NCBI GenBank assembly: GCA_964106915.2
Contig: OZ066924.1
From: Podarcis gaigeae
Taxonomy: Eukaryota
Direction: 5' to 3' (one strand)
Length of the DNA stretch: 64,000 bases
Part shown: one piece after another, positions 25,649 through 36,552 of the stretch
Layout of the letters: each line of letters begins with the position of its first letter
How positions within the stretch are numbered: position 1 is the first letter of the stretch
Program-made: the position numbers and the translations under genes
The notes under the pieces: model-generated
The model's input: only the letters and a program-made list of their open reading frames with translations
What the model was told of the DNA's origin: nothing
The model's database searches: none

Positions 25649-27077
25649 GGTTTTTTTTTTTTTTTAAACTAAATGAAAGAACAAAAAACATTTACCTTAA
25701 AAAAAACACTTCATGTGCTGATTTCTTTAAAAGCAAAATAAATAAAAAAAACCATTCACTTCAGAAAAAGAAAAAGAAAAGTATCATGTGCTTAGTAGGT
25801 AGCCTCCCTACCACCTCACACTTAGAATAAAGCCAAGCCAAAGATATCACAAGGTTTTCAGGAAATGGGAGCTCTCAGGAAGATGGCAGAATGCAGACCA
25901 CCGAAGAGATAACTTGGAGAATGGAAGAAAGGACTCTCACAAAATCTCTCAGCCATCTCAAAAGTCGAAGTGCAAAAAAAAACCAACCCTGATACCCTAC
26001 TCAGAACTTCACCAAATTTTTCTCTCCTCACTTGATAATTTTCAGATGCAATTACTTTTCTCTTTAATTGACGGTGGGGGAAACTGTGAAAGAACTTTTC
26101 ATTACATTATTAATTGTACCTTCATAGAGGATTGTCTTCTGTTAGGGAAATGCCATTATCAACATTAGGAGAGTTTAAATATTAGATTCATTTGTCCCAG
26201 ATCTTAAACTATTGGAACTTTATGATGATGTATGTCCATTATAAGTTATTCTGTTGCACTAATTAATAATAGAGCGGATGCTTTTGAGTATTTCTGTTTA
26301 CTCAGCTTGCTCTTCTATGAAACTAATCCACACCTACATTATTTATGATTAATGAGCACCTCTCCAGTTTACAGCAAATAAATTATGCAGAATTAAAGGA
26401 CAACAGACAAATGAATTAGTGGAGTCACACCGATTCAGTCTGAGATTATTACATTTGTTTGCTCATGATTATCCACAAAATATACTGATTACAGCCAAAC
26501 TGATATAACTTCATGGATTTAAAAGAACAGACATTAGTTGAGTTAATGTCTGATGCGCATGAAAGATGTATTTGGAAGGACAGCTGAGCACATCCTTATG
26601 ATTTCAAATAATAATGATTTCCAGTAGTGAGCATGCAAATTTGCTCCCAGATTGCCTTAAATTAACTGCAAATCAGTGACAATGTTGAGTGATCATGTCC
26701 TGAAACAAAAGGCATCTATTGCGTTTAGAATAAGCCCAGGCCTTCAAAATAAACGTCCACAAAACACCAATATACAAATATAATTTCTGGAAAGCTGTGC
26801 TTATTTGTTCATTGGCTAAAGATAAATAACCTCTGAACAGGAAATCAGTATTCAGCATCAAATTCACTACAATACATCATTTATTCAACACCAGCAAAAT
26901 GACAATCACAGCTATCAAATCACAGTTCAAAGGGGCAGCGCTTGACAGTTCCCGTAGTAGTGAAGAGCATTAATTTGTGTAGAATCAAATTAAAACACAC
27001 ACGTGTGAAAAGAATGTGCTTGGCGATATTATTGTGCCAAGAGCTAATCCTCTACCCCTTACCTGTGTTGCCATGTA

Positions 27078-27449
27078 CCGCATTTTTCGCTCTATAAGAC
27101 GCACCAGACCATAAGACGCACCTAGTTTTTGGAGGAGGAAAACAAGAAAAAATAATATTCTGAATCTCAGAAGCCAGAACCTGGTGCAGAAGGAATTACC
27201 GTATTTTTCGCTCTATAAGATGCACCAGACCATACGACGCACCTAGTTTTTGGAGGAGGAAAACAAGAAAAAATAATATTCTGAATCTCAGAAGCCAGAA
27301 CAGCAAGAGGGATCACTGTGCAGTGATCCCTCTTGCTGTTCTGGCTTCTGGGATAGCTGTGCAGCCTGTATTCGCTCCATAAGACACACACACATTTCCC
27401 CTTACTTTTTGAAAGGGAAAAGGTGAGTCTTATAGAGCAAAAAATACGG
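27078..27449. mobile_element. Same MITE family: partial copy 27078-27180 followed by a full copy 27199-27449
   Basis: The 5' ~100 bp is repeated; TA flanks. Confidence 0.8.
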
Positions 27450-27597
27450 TAAGTTATCCTATTGCCTGCAACTGAAATACTTCCCACCCCCACAAAAAGA
27501 ATAGACCCCTAGTTTTGGGAACCCAATTTTGCCCCTGAACATTGTGGGAAATTATTATTTTTTCAGTTTTCAATTTTGGTTTTCAATTTAGTCATAA

Positions 27598-27719
27598 TGG
27601 GTTGTAGCCAAATAAATTCTACTCACAGTAGACCTTTTGATATTAATGAATCCAAGTTAGTCATGCCTGTTAACATAAATGGGTCTACTCTGAGTAGGAC
27701 TAGCATTGGCTGCATCCCA
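27598..27719. repeat. ~120-bp imperfect palindrome (hairpin MITE-like; similar element at 2993-3127)
   Basis: Outer arms TGGGTTGTAGCCAA / TTGGCTGCATCCCA; inner arms CTACTCACAGTAGACC / GGTCTACTCTGAGTAG. Confidence 0.7.
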
Positions 27720-28896
27720 ATATTTATAAAATACGGTAGGTATCGGAGTCACAGCCACTACAATGCTACACCAAGTGAGAGAGACCAGGACCAGGACCAG
27801 GTTATGCTGCTAAAAGGATAGAATCAATAAGGACAATTCTGCTTAGCACTGCTAAGTCCTGGATTCCAAATTTGCTATTGCCATAGCAGAAACATTTCCA
27901 CAAGTGCATTGTAGCACTAGCTGTCAGGCTGAAATAATGCCTTACATGCCCTTTTGTAGCTTGCAGAATTAGCTTTATGAAATCCAGCTGTTTCATAGAA
28001 ATCCCTGACTAGCAGTGCCATCTAGCATTTTACAAAATGCTGCAGTGTTCAGATTGGGTGGGTTAGCATTTATGAAACCGGCCATTTGGTGTAATGGATG
28101 CATTTATGGAGTTATTTGCCATCCTTGAATACATAATAGCACTTGCTTTCACAATCGGTGAATTACCCAGTGAAAAATCTGTACACACAAACCATACCGG
28201 CAATTAATGTGTCAGAAAGCTTGGAGTCTGATGTATCCTTTAAGAGAGCAGAGAAATAGGAAAGAAGAAAAGGATTGCATTCAATAGTTTCAGGTTGTAT
28301 TGCAATGTAGCAAAAATGCTGTAAAGACAGAAATAAGGGATGGCAGATGTTTAGGGTGTCCCACCCCCACCCCCACCCCTACCCCCAGCTTTGTTTTAAA
28401 GAGCCCACACCAATGTGGGCAGTACAAAAAAAGTGCAGCACAAAAAAATATGCCAATATATTAATGATCAACATCTGCCTCCCATGGCTGCGCAATTTAA
28501 CTTCTCATAATTTACTGTCATTATAAAATAAAAATGCTCTGTGTACATCTTAGGCACTTTTTAATGTGGTAGACCAGGTCCTGAACTTAGGTCCACTTTG
28601 GAGGGAAGTGACTGCAAATTGATAAGCAGTGGAGCCCAGAGTAGAATTTTACCCCTATTCCCATTGTCCCTTCATCAGCAACCAAGCAAGGTGAAGACTC
28701 TTACAAGGTGAAAACTCAAAGAGTTCCCTGTTTTCAACCTTAAGTGGCACAGCCCAACAGGTGCCTGAGTGGGCGGAGTCCATTCAGGACCTGAAAATGC
28801 TTCACTGTGAAGCTGCTACCTACAGTGGAAAGGCTCAGCAAATGAGGGAAACGACAAACAGATCTAGCTGTTCTTGACATTGAGGCAGGTCTCACA

Positions 28897-29060
28897 GGGA
28901 AGGGCCGTAGCTCAGTGTTAGAGCAGAAGGTCTCAGGTTCAACCACTAGCATCTCCTGGCAGGGTTGGGATAGACCCCTGCCTGAAGTCATGGCGAACCG
29001 CTGCCAGCCAATGCAGGCAGATGGACCTAATGGTCTGACTCAGTAGACTGCAGCTTCCTA
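28897..29060 (+). mobile_element. Older tRNA-headed SINE (other copies at ~3762-3820, ~8975-9165 on minus, ~19793-19950)
   Basis: GGGAAGGGCCGTAGCTCAGTG..AGAGC A-box head, GGTTCAA B-box, shared body CCTGCCTGAA...GCTGCCAG. Confidence 0.65.
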
Positions 29061-29071
29061 AGTCCATTTAT

Positions 29072-29368
29072 CAGGGATGTCCAACAGGTCGATCATGATC
29101 TACTGGTAGGTCCCCAGAAGGTTTTGGTAGATCGCAGTCGATCGCTGGGTCCCTTTTCTTAGCGTTGGCAAAATGGAATCCAGACCTGTTTGTTTCCCCT
29201 GTGATCTGTAGGTGAGTGGCTGTTCCCCTTTCACCCTATGAATGGCCAACAGCTTAGCCTAAAAAGCTCAACAACTTTGATCTGAACCCCCCAAAAAACA
29301 GGGGTAGATCAATGCCAGCTTTTAATTCTGTGAGTAGATCGCCGTCTCTTGGGAGTTGGCCACCCCTG
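29072..29368. mobile_element. hAT-like non-autonomous element
   Basis: Termini CAGGGATGTCCAAC / GTTGGCCACCCCTG; degenerate 8-bp flanks CCATTTAT / CCCTATAT. Confidence 0.6.
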
Positions 29369-31170
29369 CCCTATATGGCACAGGGTTAGAAGCACCAATG
29401 TTGCCCCTGCTGCCAGTCATGCCCACCACCCCACTTATCACCAGTGGTGGTTCTTTGAGCAATACTGGAGGACAACGGGCCCCTCGTTCAGAAGGATGCT
29501 TTTGCTTGGACCACAGCAGTCAGATCTGTGTTGGGAAAGCATTCAGCCAACGCCCCCATCTCTCCAAAAGAAACCCAAAGCATAGATGTCCCGAGGGAAG
29601 TTTATCAGCCTTCACCGTATCAGAGGAACAGATCAGCAAGCACACACGGTGGACACAGTGTACAGCATGATAGGAAGGTGCATTTGCCAAAAGCCATTTA
29701 ATTGTGTGTGTCTCTATGTGTTTTTATAAGCTGTGGAAAGCAAACCTTAAAAAAAAAAAATTAAAGCATACAACCCTGGAGGGAAGAGGGGCACCTCCAC
29801 GTTACAAATTCTCTCTTATGAAGCTGATTAGATGCCAGAAGCCCTGAAAACACAATTACCATGAGCAAAGCCTGAAAACTGTGGACTTCTGTGACTGTCT
29901 GGCCCGATCCAACACTTCAAAGCACTGTGCCACAGTACAAAATACATCTACAGCACAACTCACCCAAGTTCCACGATTAGAAGTCAGCTTGCCAGTTCTA
30001 AGTTTTAAAAGATACTGGACCTCTAGGTGGAGCTAGGAGGCAGAGAGAGGGGGGAACTTGGTGGATTATGGGGAAAGCATGGAAGAACATGGTAGGGCAT
30101 GGAGGAATATGGTGCCCTACAACCTGGTAAAACCTGGATTGTGTGAGTTTTCACTCCTGAATACTAGCAAACCAGCACAATGCAGGTTTACTGCTCAAAC
30201 CAGTAAAATTCCAGCTGGTTAGTGTTTCAAAGTCCTGGGCTTTTTGCACTTGGTTCTGTCTGTTTTGCCTAACAGGCCATGAGCACTTAAGACATGTTTT
30301 TGGCCTTGCTTTTTTGTGTGTTCTTTGTGGAAGAAAATTACATCTTCCAAAAGTAATATGTTATATTAAGCTTTTATGCTTTGGACTCCAAAACATACAA
30401 TGCGTTGAGGCATCTCTTCTTTCTTTTTATAATTAAAATCAACTGTCGGAAACCCAATCCCTTCAGAAAGAACGTGGCACCACAATACCGCTTTTACTCT
30501 AAAGTTTCTTATTTTTTTTCCTCCCAGTTCAAGGAAGCAAAAATATGTGCTGACTAACTGAATGCCTGTTACAGGGAAATTTCACTCTTCGTCCAGGCAA
30601 CCTCTGACATTTTTTTGCAACTCTAATAACCCAAAATGTAGTTTATGAAGCAATCAGTATTTCCACTGGAGCTGTAAAGGAAGAAGTCTTTTTCACGTGC
30701 CACAGAATAAATAAAAGGTGTTTCCTTCTTTTCTTAGCTGGAAGCTATGTTACTATAAGGCCGATGGAGCAGGAAGACTGAGCTAATAACTTTGCCATTT
30801 GTGGATGCATCAATTTGCTGTCACTGCCAGTGAAACTGATGAAAAGTGTTTTCCTATTGCAGGAAAAGTAGCAAAATTACAGAGGCTGCAATCCTACCAC
30901 CTATTACTCATAAGGAAAATACTGCTCTGCCATCTAGTCAAGAACTTTTTCCTCAATGATCAGAGTGGCCGTCCCATTAAGCAACCTGAGGCAGCCTAAG
31001 ACATTTGTCTCAGGTGGGTGGGGTGGCAGAGTGGCACCCCCATGGCCTACACCCATGGCTCATCTCCACTTCCCTGCCACCCCAATGCCTTAATTTTAGG
31101 AGGGGTGGTTTTTAGATTGAGGTATTGTGGGGCAAGATGGACCCAGGGAGCTCCCACACTGCTCACACTG

Positions 31171-31434
31171 AGAGCCAGTGTGGTGTAGGAGTTAAGAGCA
31201 GTAGACTCCTAATCTGGTGAACCGGGTTCACGTCTCCGCTCCTCCCTATGCAGCTGCTGGGTGACCTTGGGCTAGTCACACTTCTCTGAGGTCTCTCAGC
31301 CCCACTCACCTCACAGAGTGTTTGTTGTGGGGGAGGAAGGGAAAGGAGAATGTTAGCCGCTTTGAGACTCCTTCGGGTAGTGATAAAGCGGGATATCAAA
31401 TCCAAACTCCTCCTCCTCCTCTTCTTCTTCTTTT
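31171..31434 (+). mobile_element. tRNA-derived SINE, Squam3-like
   Basis: Same family; TSD TCACACTG (31163-70 / 31435-42). Confidence 0.82.
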
Positions 31435-34212
31435 TCACACTGTTACAATCTTAGCATTTGCTGTTGCAGCAATCTGACTGGTGCTGCTCTTATGGGGCTC
31501 TCTGAGGCCATTTCGCTCTGGTCACTCTAATGATTCAGTCTGAGGAAGGGCTGTCTGGACATAGGGTCCTTCCTCAGAGTGAGGCATTGTGGGGTGAGAG
31601 CCCATATTTTGCCTGTGTTGGTGCTATTGAAGCAGCAGCAAAAATATAGAGATGGTGGTGATGATGAGGCAAGGGGAGGGGGGAGGGTGTGTGTGGTGGA
31701 GACAGGCTCCCCCCAGGTGTCACCTCGGGGGGGGGGTGGCAAAATGCTGGGCGGCACTCACCGTGGGGTCTGCAGCGCGCCCAAGCCATGCATCTCTCCT
31801 GGGATAGAAGCGGTGGCTTGGGTGCCCACAGCCTCCATGTTGCCCCAAATGGTCCACCCGCCACCTCCCCCTCAGCTGTAGGGCGGCTGAGAGGGAGGAG
31901 GCAGACTGACTCCTCAGAGGCCCCGCGGAGCGTCCTGCCCCAGCTGGACCCCACCCCACGGGCGGCTGGCCCTGCCCCTGGGCACGGGCACACACGCCGC
32001 CCCAGGCACCCAATCAGCTTGCTCCACCACTGGGTGAGGCACATTGATCTGGCATTTTGCTGCCTGAGTCAGAGTATCAAACTCTCCCCACTCAAGTCAC
32101 GGTCCATAGTATCCAAGGCCGATCAAGGTTTATAAGCACCTACGGCAGAAAACCCCCAAAGCATATCTTCTCTTTCCTGGCAGTAAGAATAAAACAATAA
32201 TACATCAACAATTTGCTTCACTTTCATAACACTCAAAACCAGCTGCTTGATGTGGCTTCCTCATTCTACCCAATGATAGGGCTGGCTGATAAAGATGACA
32301 CAATATCCCTCCCTTGTTGTAGTATTCGGAAGTATGCTGCCTTAGAACACGGAGGGTTCATTTACCCATCACTGCTAATGTGCAGCCAAATCAGCCTCAA
32401 GTTTTCATATAAAGACAAATGCCTCAACCACAAAATCCCACAAATTCATATTTTTTTACTAACCTCAAATGAAAGAAGAGTTTAAGCCACTTAAAGAAGA
32501 TATGGATTTGTGGCCCAAAACTGCCTGGTTTCCTTCTCCAGCTCTAAAATTATCCCGAGCATAGCGGATGGGGTTTGGGCTGGGCTCTGGCAGTGGTGAG
32601 CCCTTTAGCCACAATGAAATGGATGGATTTCTGTGGGCTTATTGGTAGCACAAAATGTCACACATTTCCCTTTAGTCTGGCAATATGAAATGTCAAAAGA
32701 ATCAGGTTGCGTGATTGAAATGATTGTGTGGATGCACAGAAAAGCTTCGTTTATTGATCCAGATAGATCCAAAATGTTTGGAAAGTAGGATTTTGGATTC
32801 ATGAAATTAAGATTCATGAAAGTAAAATTGTGGATTCGTCCCAGTGTTGTTTGCTGCAGCCTGATGCATTTCAAGTTGGGGGGGGGCAACAGAATGTGTC
32901 CTATCTAGGATTTGGGGGGGGGGGTTGATTCCGTTTGTATTTAAAGGCAAATCTATCAAATCTGCACTTTTCAAAACAGCACGAGAACTGAAACACAGCC
33001 ATTCATTGAAATCCAAACTTACCTGAATTTTGTAATGGAGTTATCCAACCAACATTTACAAAAATGCACCTATTACTGAAAATTACATCTCAAAATGCAT
33101 TACATTGGGGGGGGGGGATACTTTCAAAAATGCATACATTCGTCAGAACTGCAAACCCAAAGGTGTTTTTTAGTAGAAATTTGCGCTAAAATGCTAAAGA
33201 ATTTTCATGAATTACAGAATTAACAAATTGCTACAGTTGTCCCATGCACACAATGATTAAGTTGGATATAATGCTATATTTCTGCAGCATAATTTTTTAA
33301 ATATTAATACATAATAGATATACACTTTGTTGTATATATATATTTGCCGTTTACATTACGAAACCTGGACTGAATATATGTGTGGCATCGCTGTAATAAA
33401 ACAGGACTGTGTACATGTCATAATTGTGAAAACTGAATTGTTCCCCTGTCCTGGCCCACCCCATGCATCTCTAGAATAACTCTGGAAAGATCCTACAGCT
33501 TTGACATGAGTGTAGACCTTTTCGGAAGTTGTGCTGACCATGCAACAGGGGCAGGCAGGCATGACTCTACTCTCCCACCAATGCCCTGTGTGCATTCGGT
33601 GCACACAGTCAAAACATGTGCACAATCTTACTGCCAGCCTTATTTCCCAGTCGTCTTTAAACAAGGCACTGAGGCCAATACCTGCCCAGTCAAAGGAAGA
33701 ACAATAAAAGGAACATAAATATAGGTGGAGAAGATTTTCATTCTGGCCAGGATATCTTGGCAGGCTAAATGTGAAGGTGTTCTGTATAACAAGCCTACAG
33801 AGGTCAGGAGGGCCCTGGTTTCCCCTGTGATCAGGAAGGCCCTGCCTCTCACAGCACAGTGCCGCCTGATGCTGGCGCAGCTCCAAAGAGCTGTCGAATT
33901 AATTCTTTGAGCCCAAGAGGTCTTGACATTTGGTGTGGCCCTTATCACAAACAATTGCCCCCGTGCCACGGAGCCAGTTGTTTTCGAAATGGAAGGGAGG
34001 TTCGACATCAGTTTGTGATAAGAAATTTGGGTCTGGGGGTGGCGCTGCCGTGCAAAGAGAAAGATTTAAAACATTATATCACCAGCTAAACATTGTGACA
34101 CACCGATATATCGTGATGTCTGAAATAAGGGTGGAACTGTGTAGAGAGGAATGGAGTAATGTCCTAGCAACGGCTACTACTTAGGGGTATAAAACCAATA
34201 CATTTTTACTTA

Positions 34213-34636
34213 CTGTATTTTTTGCTCTATAAGACACACCAGACCATAAGGCGCACCTAGTTTTTGGAGGAGGAAAACAAGAAAAAAAATATATTCTGAA
34301 TCCCAGAAGCCAGAACAGCAAGAGGAATCTGGCTTCTGGGATAGCCTCTTGCTGTTCTGGCTTCTGGGATAGCCACGCGAAGCCTCTTCAGGGCAGCAGG
34401 ATGAAGGAAGAGGCTGTGTGTTTCCCCCTGCCTGGAAGAGGCTGTGTGTGGCTAAGGCAGAAGCCAGGGCATCAAGCGGAGCTCCGTTCCTCCTCCCGCT
34501 TCGCAGGAGAGGTGCTTCGCTGAAGGGGCGCTGCACAGCTCTCCCTCTCTGCGCAGCGCCATTCACTCCATAAGACGCACTCACATTTCCCCTTATATTT
34601 TAGGAGGAAAAAAGTGCATCTTGTGGAGAAATACGG
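34213..34636. mobile_element. Same MITE family, longer variant
   Basis: TIR-like ends with TA flanks; internal CTGGCTTCTGGGATAGCC repeats. Confidence 0.8.
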
Positions 34637-34737
34637 TACCTTTAACATATTGTTACAACTGTTATTTTATAGTACAGAGGAACAGGGGCAGCAAGAATCA
34701 CGAGAAAAGTGGTGAAGAGTACCAAACTCCTTCCAGT

Positions 34738-36528
34738 TCACACGTACCAAACTCCTTCCAGTTCATAGAAACAATAAAGAAGCAAAACCTACATCCTAAT
34801 GACCTACTTGTGAGCTTCGATGTTGTATCTCTCTTCACACAAGTGCCCATTAATGAAGCCTTGACAGCTATTCAAAACAAATACAATCCCCCCGAATACA
34901 TCTTGGACCTGACCAACCACTGCCTAACCAACACGTACTTCATCCACAATGGACAAAGATACAAACAGATAGAAGGAGCACCTATGGGATCACCCCTCTC
35001 ACCGGTCATCGCAAACCTGTACATGGAACACTTTGAAACCAATGCTTTAGACAAGTCAGAACACAAACCCAAACTTTGGCTCAGATATGTTGACGACACC
35101 TTTGTAATTTGGCCACACGGGAAGGAAAAACTGGATAGCTTCCTCACACATCTCAACAACTTACACCCCAAAATACAATTCACTATGGAAATAGAAGCCA
35201 ACAACCAACTTCCCTTCCTTGACGTCCTAATCTACAAAAAACCTGATGGCTCCCTAGGACACACTATCTACCAGAAAAAAACACACACCAACCGCTACTT
35301 ACATGCACAATCACACCACCACCCTGCACAAATAAACTCCGTAGCCAAGACTCTCATCTCCAGAACCAAACGCCTGGCTGACAAAGACCACTTGACAACT
35401 GAGTTACAGAATCTCTCAAATGTGTTAATTGCCAATGGATACCAGCAAAACAGGATTACGAAGCTAATCCAAAAGGAAACACCCCCCAAAAACCAAGACA
35501 CAGAAGAAAACAATGGCATGGCCCTCCTTCCTTATATCAAGGGCACTACAGATAAAATTAGCAAAATCCTCCATAAACACAATATCAAAACAGCCTTTTG
35601 CACCAACCAAAAAATAGCCAATATCCTCAGAAACCCCAAGGATAAAATCCAGTTGGAAAACCAAGGGATCTATGAAATACCCTGCAAAGTCTGCCCAGCC
35701 ACGTACATTGGACAAACAAACAGACGAATAAATGCACGTATCGCAGAACACAAGAATGCCGTCAAAAAAGAAGAAAAAACTTCCTCTCTTTTCCAACACA
35801 TGAAAGAAACAGGACACGAAATTAATTTTGCAGATTCCAAATTGCTCTTTAACACGGAACATCACCACAAGAGAATAATCATGGAAGCCATCGAGATAGA
35901 GAAACACCCTCACAACATGAACAAGCGTGACGACACATCCCGCTTGCCAGACATCTGGAAATTAGCCCTCCCCACAAAAACTGACACCAGATCCAGAGGC
36001 ACACAGAACGCCAACACCAATCAACCACACCAGACCCAAACCCAGACCCTCTCCACAGATGAATTACTGACACCATCCAGTAGCCAATCCATGGTGGCAC
36101 CTCCGGATGCTGCACCCCCCTGCAATCCCTACACAGATCTGGCTGACACAAGCCACAAAACCACAGCTCGCCCCTATACACGAAGCCAAGCCAAAGCACA
36201 ACTAAGTGCAATACAGCCATCTTCTCAGGAAAACTCTTCACAAAGTTCAAGAGGTCAAGACACAAAGACTTTAGCAACTAATCCACACCTAATGACCCAC
36301 CTAAGTGGTACTCAGGATATCACTCAAGAAATCACTCAAGGTATCTCTCAAGTAATTAAGGAACAAAAGAAGAAAAGGCACACTAGCCTGGGAACTTCCT
36401 CTCTGCCCAGAACATTGGAGGCTAGACACCACACCCCCTCTACAGTATTTATAGGAACTCAAACATTGAGATCCCGCTCTGTTCCAGTAACAAGAAGCCG
36501 AAAGCACCAGCCTGAAGATGACGAGTGA
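34738..36528 (+). CDS. PLE polyprotein (reverse transcriptase + GIY-YIG endonuclease), N-terminally truncated
   Basis: SFDVVSLFT (34813), GAPMGSPLSP (34975), YVDD (35086-35097), LPFLDV, GIYEIPCKVC..YIGQT (35665-35718), conserved His residues. The ORF-track 'start' (TTG 34621) lies in an adjacent MITE and is not genuine. Confidence 0.9.
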   Translation, partial: SHVPNSFQFIETIKKQNLHPNDLLVSFDVVSLFTQVPINEALTAIQNKYNPPEYILDLTNHCLTNTYFIHNGQRYKQIEGAPMGSPLSPVIANLYMEHFETNALDKSEHKPKLWLRYVDDTFVIWPHGKEKLDSFLTHLNNLHPKIQFTMEIEANNQLPFLDVLIYKKPDGSLGHTIYQKKTHTNRYLHAQSHHHPAQINSVAKTLISRTKRLADKDHLTTELQNLSNVLIANGYQQNRITKLIQKETPPKNQDTEENNGMALLPYIKGTTDKISKILHKHNIKTAFCTNQKIANILRNPKDKIQLENQGIYEIPCKVCPATYIGQTNRRINARIAEHKNAVKKEEKTSSLFQHMKETGHEINFADSKLLFNTEHHHKRIIMEAIEIEKHPHNMNKRDDTSRLPDIWKLALPTKTDTRSRGTQNANTNQPHQTQTQTLSTDELLTPSSSQSMVAPPDAAPPCNPYTDLADTSHKTTARPYTRSQAKAQLSAIQPSSQENSSQSSRGQDTKTLATNPHLMTHLSGTQDITQEITQGISQVIKEQKKKRHTSLGTSSLPRTLEARHHTPSTVFIGTQTLRSRSVPVTRSRKHQPEDDE

Positions 36529-36552
36529 GACCTCGTCGAAACGTCGCCTAGA
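36505..36552 (+). ncRNA. Minimal type-I hammerhead ribozyme motif in the PLE pLTR
   Basis: CTGAAGA (36512-18), T, helix II GACGAG/CTCGTC with loop TGAGAC, GAAA (36538-41), palindromic ACGT mini-helix III, GTC cleavage triplet ending at 36545. Helix I pairing is weak. Confidence 0.7.

Noticed and set aside
31527-32135. Cluster of overlapping 100-156 aa ORFs
   Set aside because: GC-rich repeat-like sequence ending in a hAT-type terminus (GCTCCACCACTG); no recognisable protein motif.
33356-34184. 176-aa and 122-aa minus-strand ORFs as a gene or retrocopy
   Set aside because: No recognisable domain, splice structure or poly-A/TSD; probably decayed repeat or unique non-coding DNA.
34621-34737. 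N-terminus of the 635-aa ORF as a real start or a MITE-PLE fusion gene
   Set aside because: Starts at a TTG within a MITE end and flanking DNA; the PLE is simply 5'-truncated.
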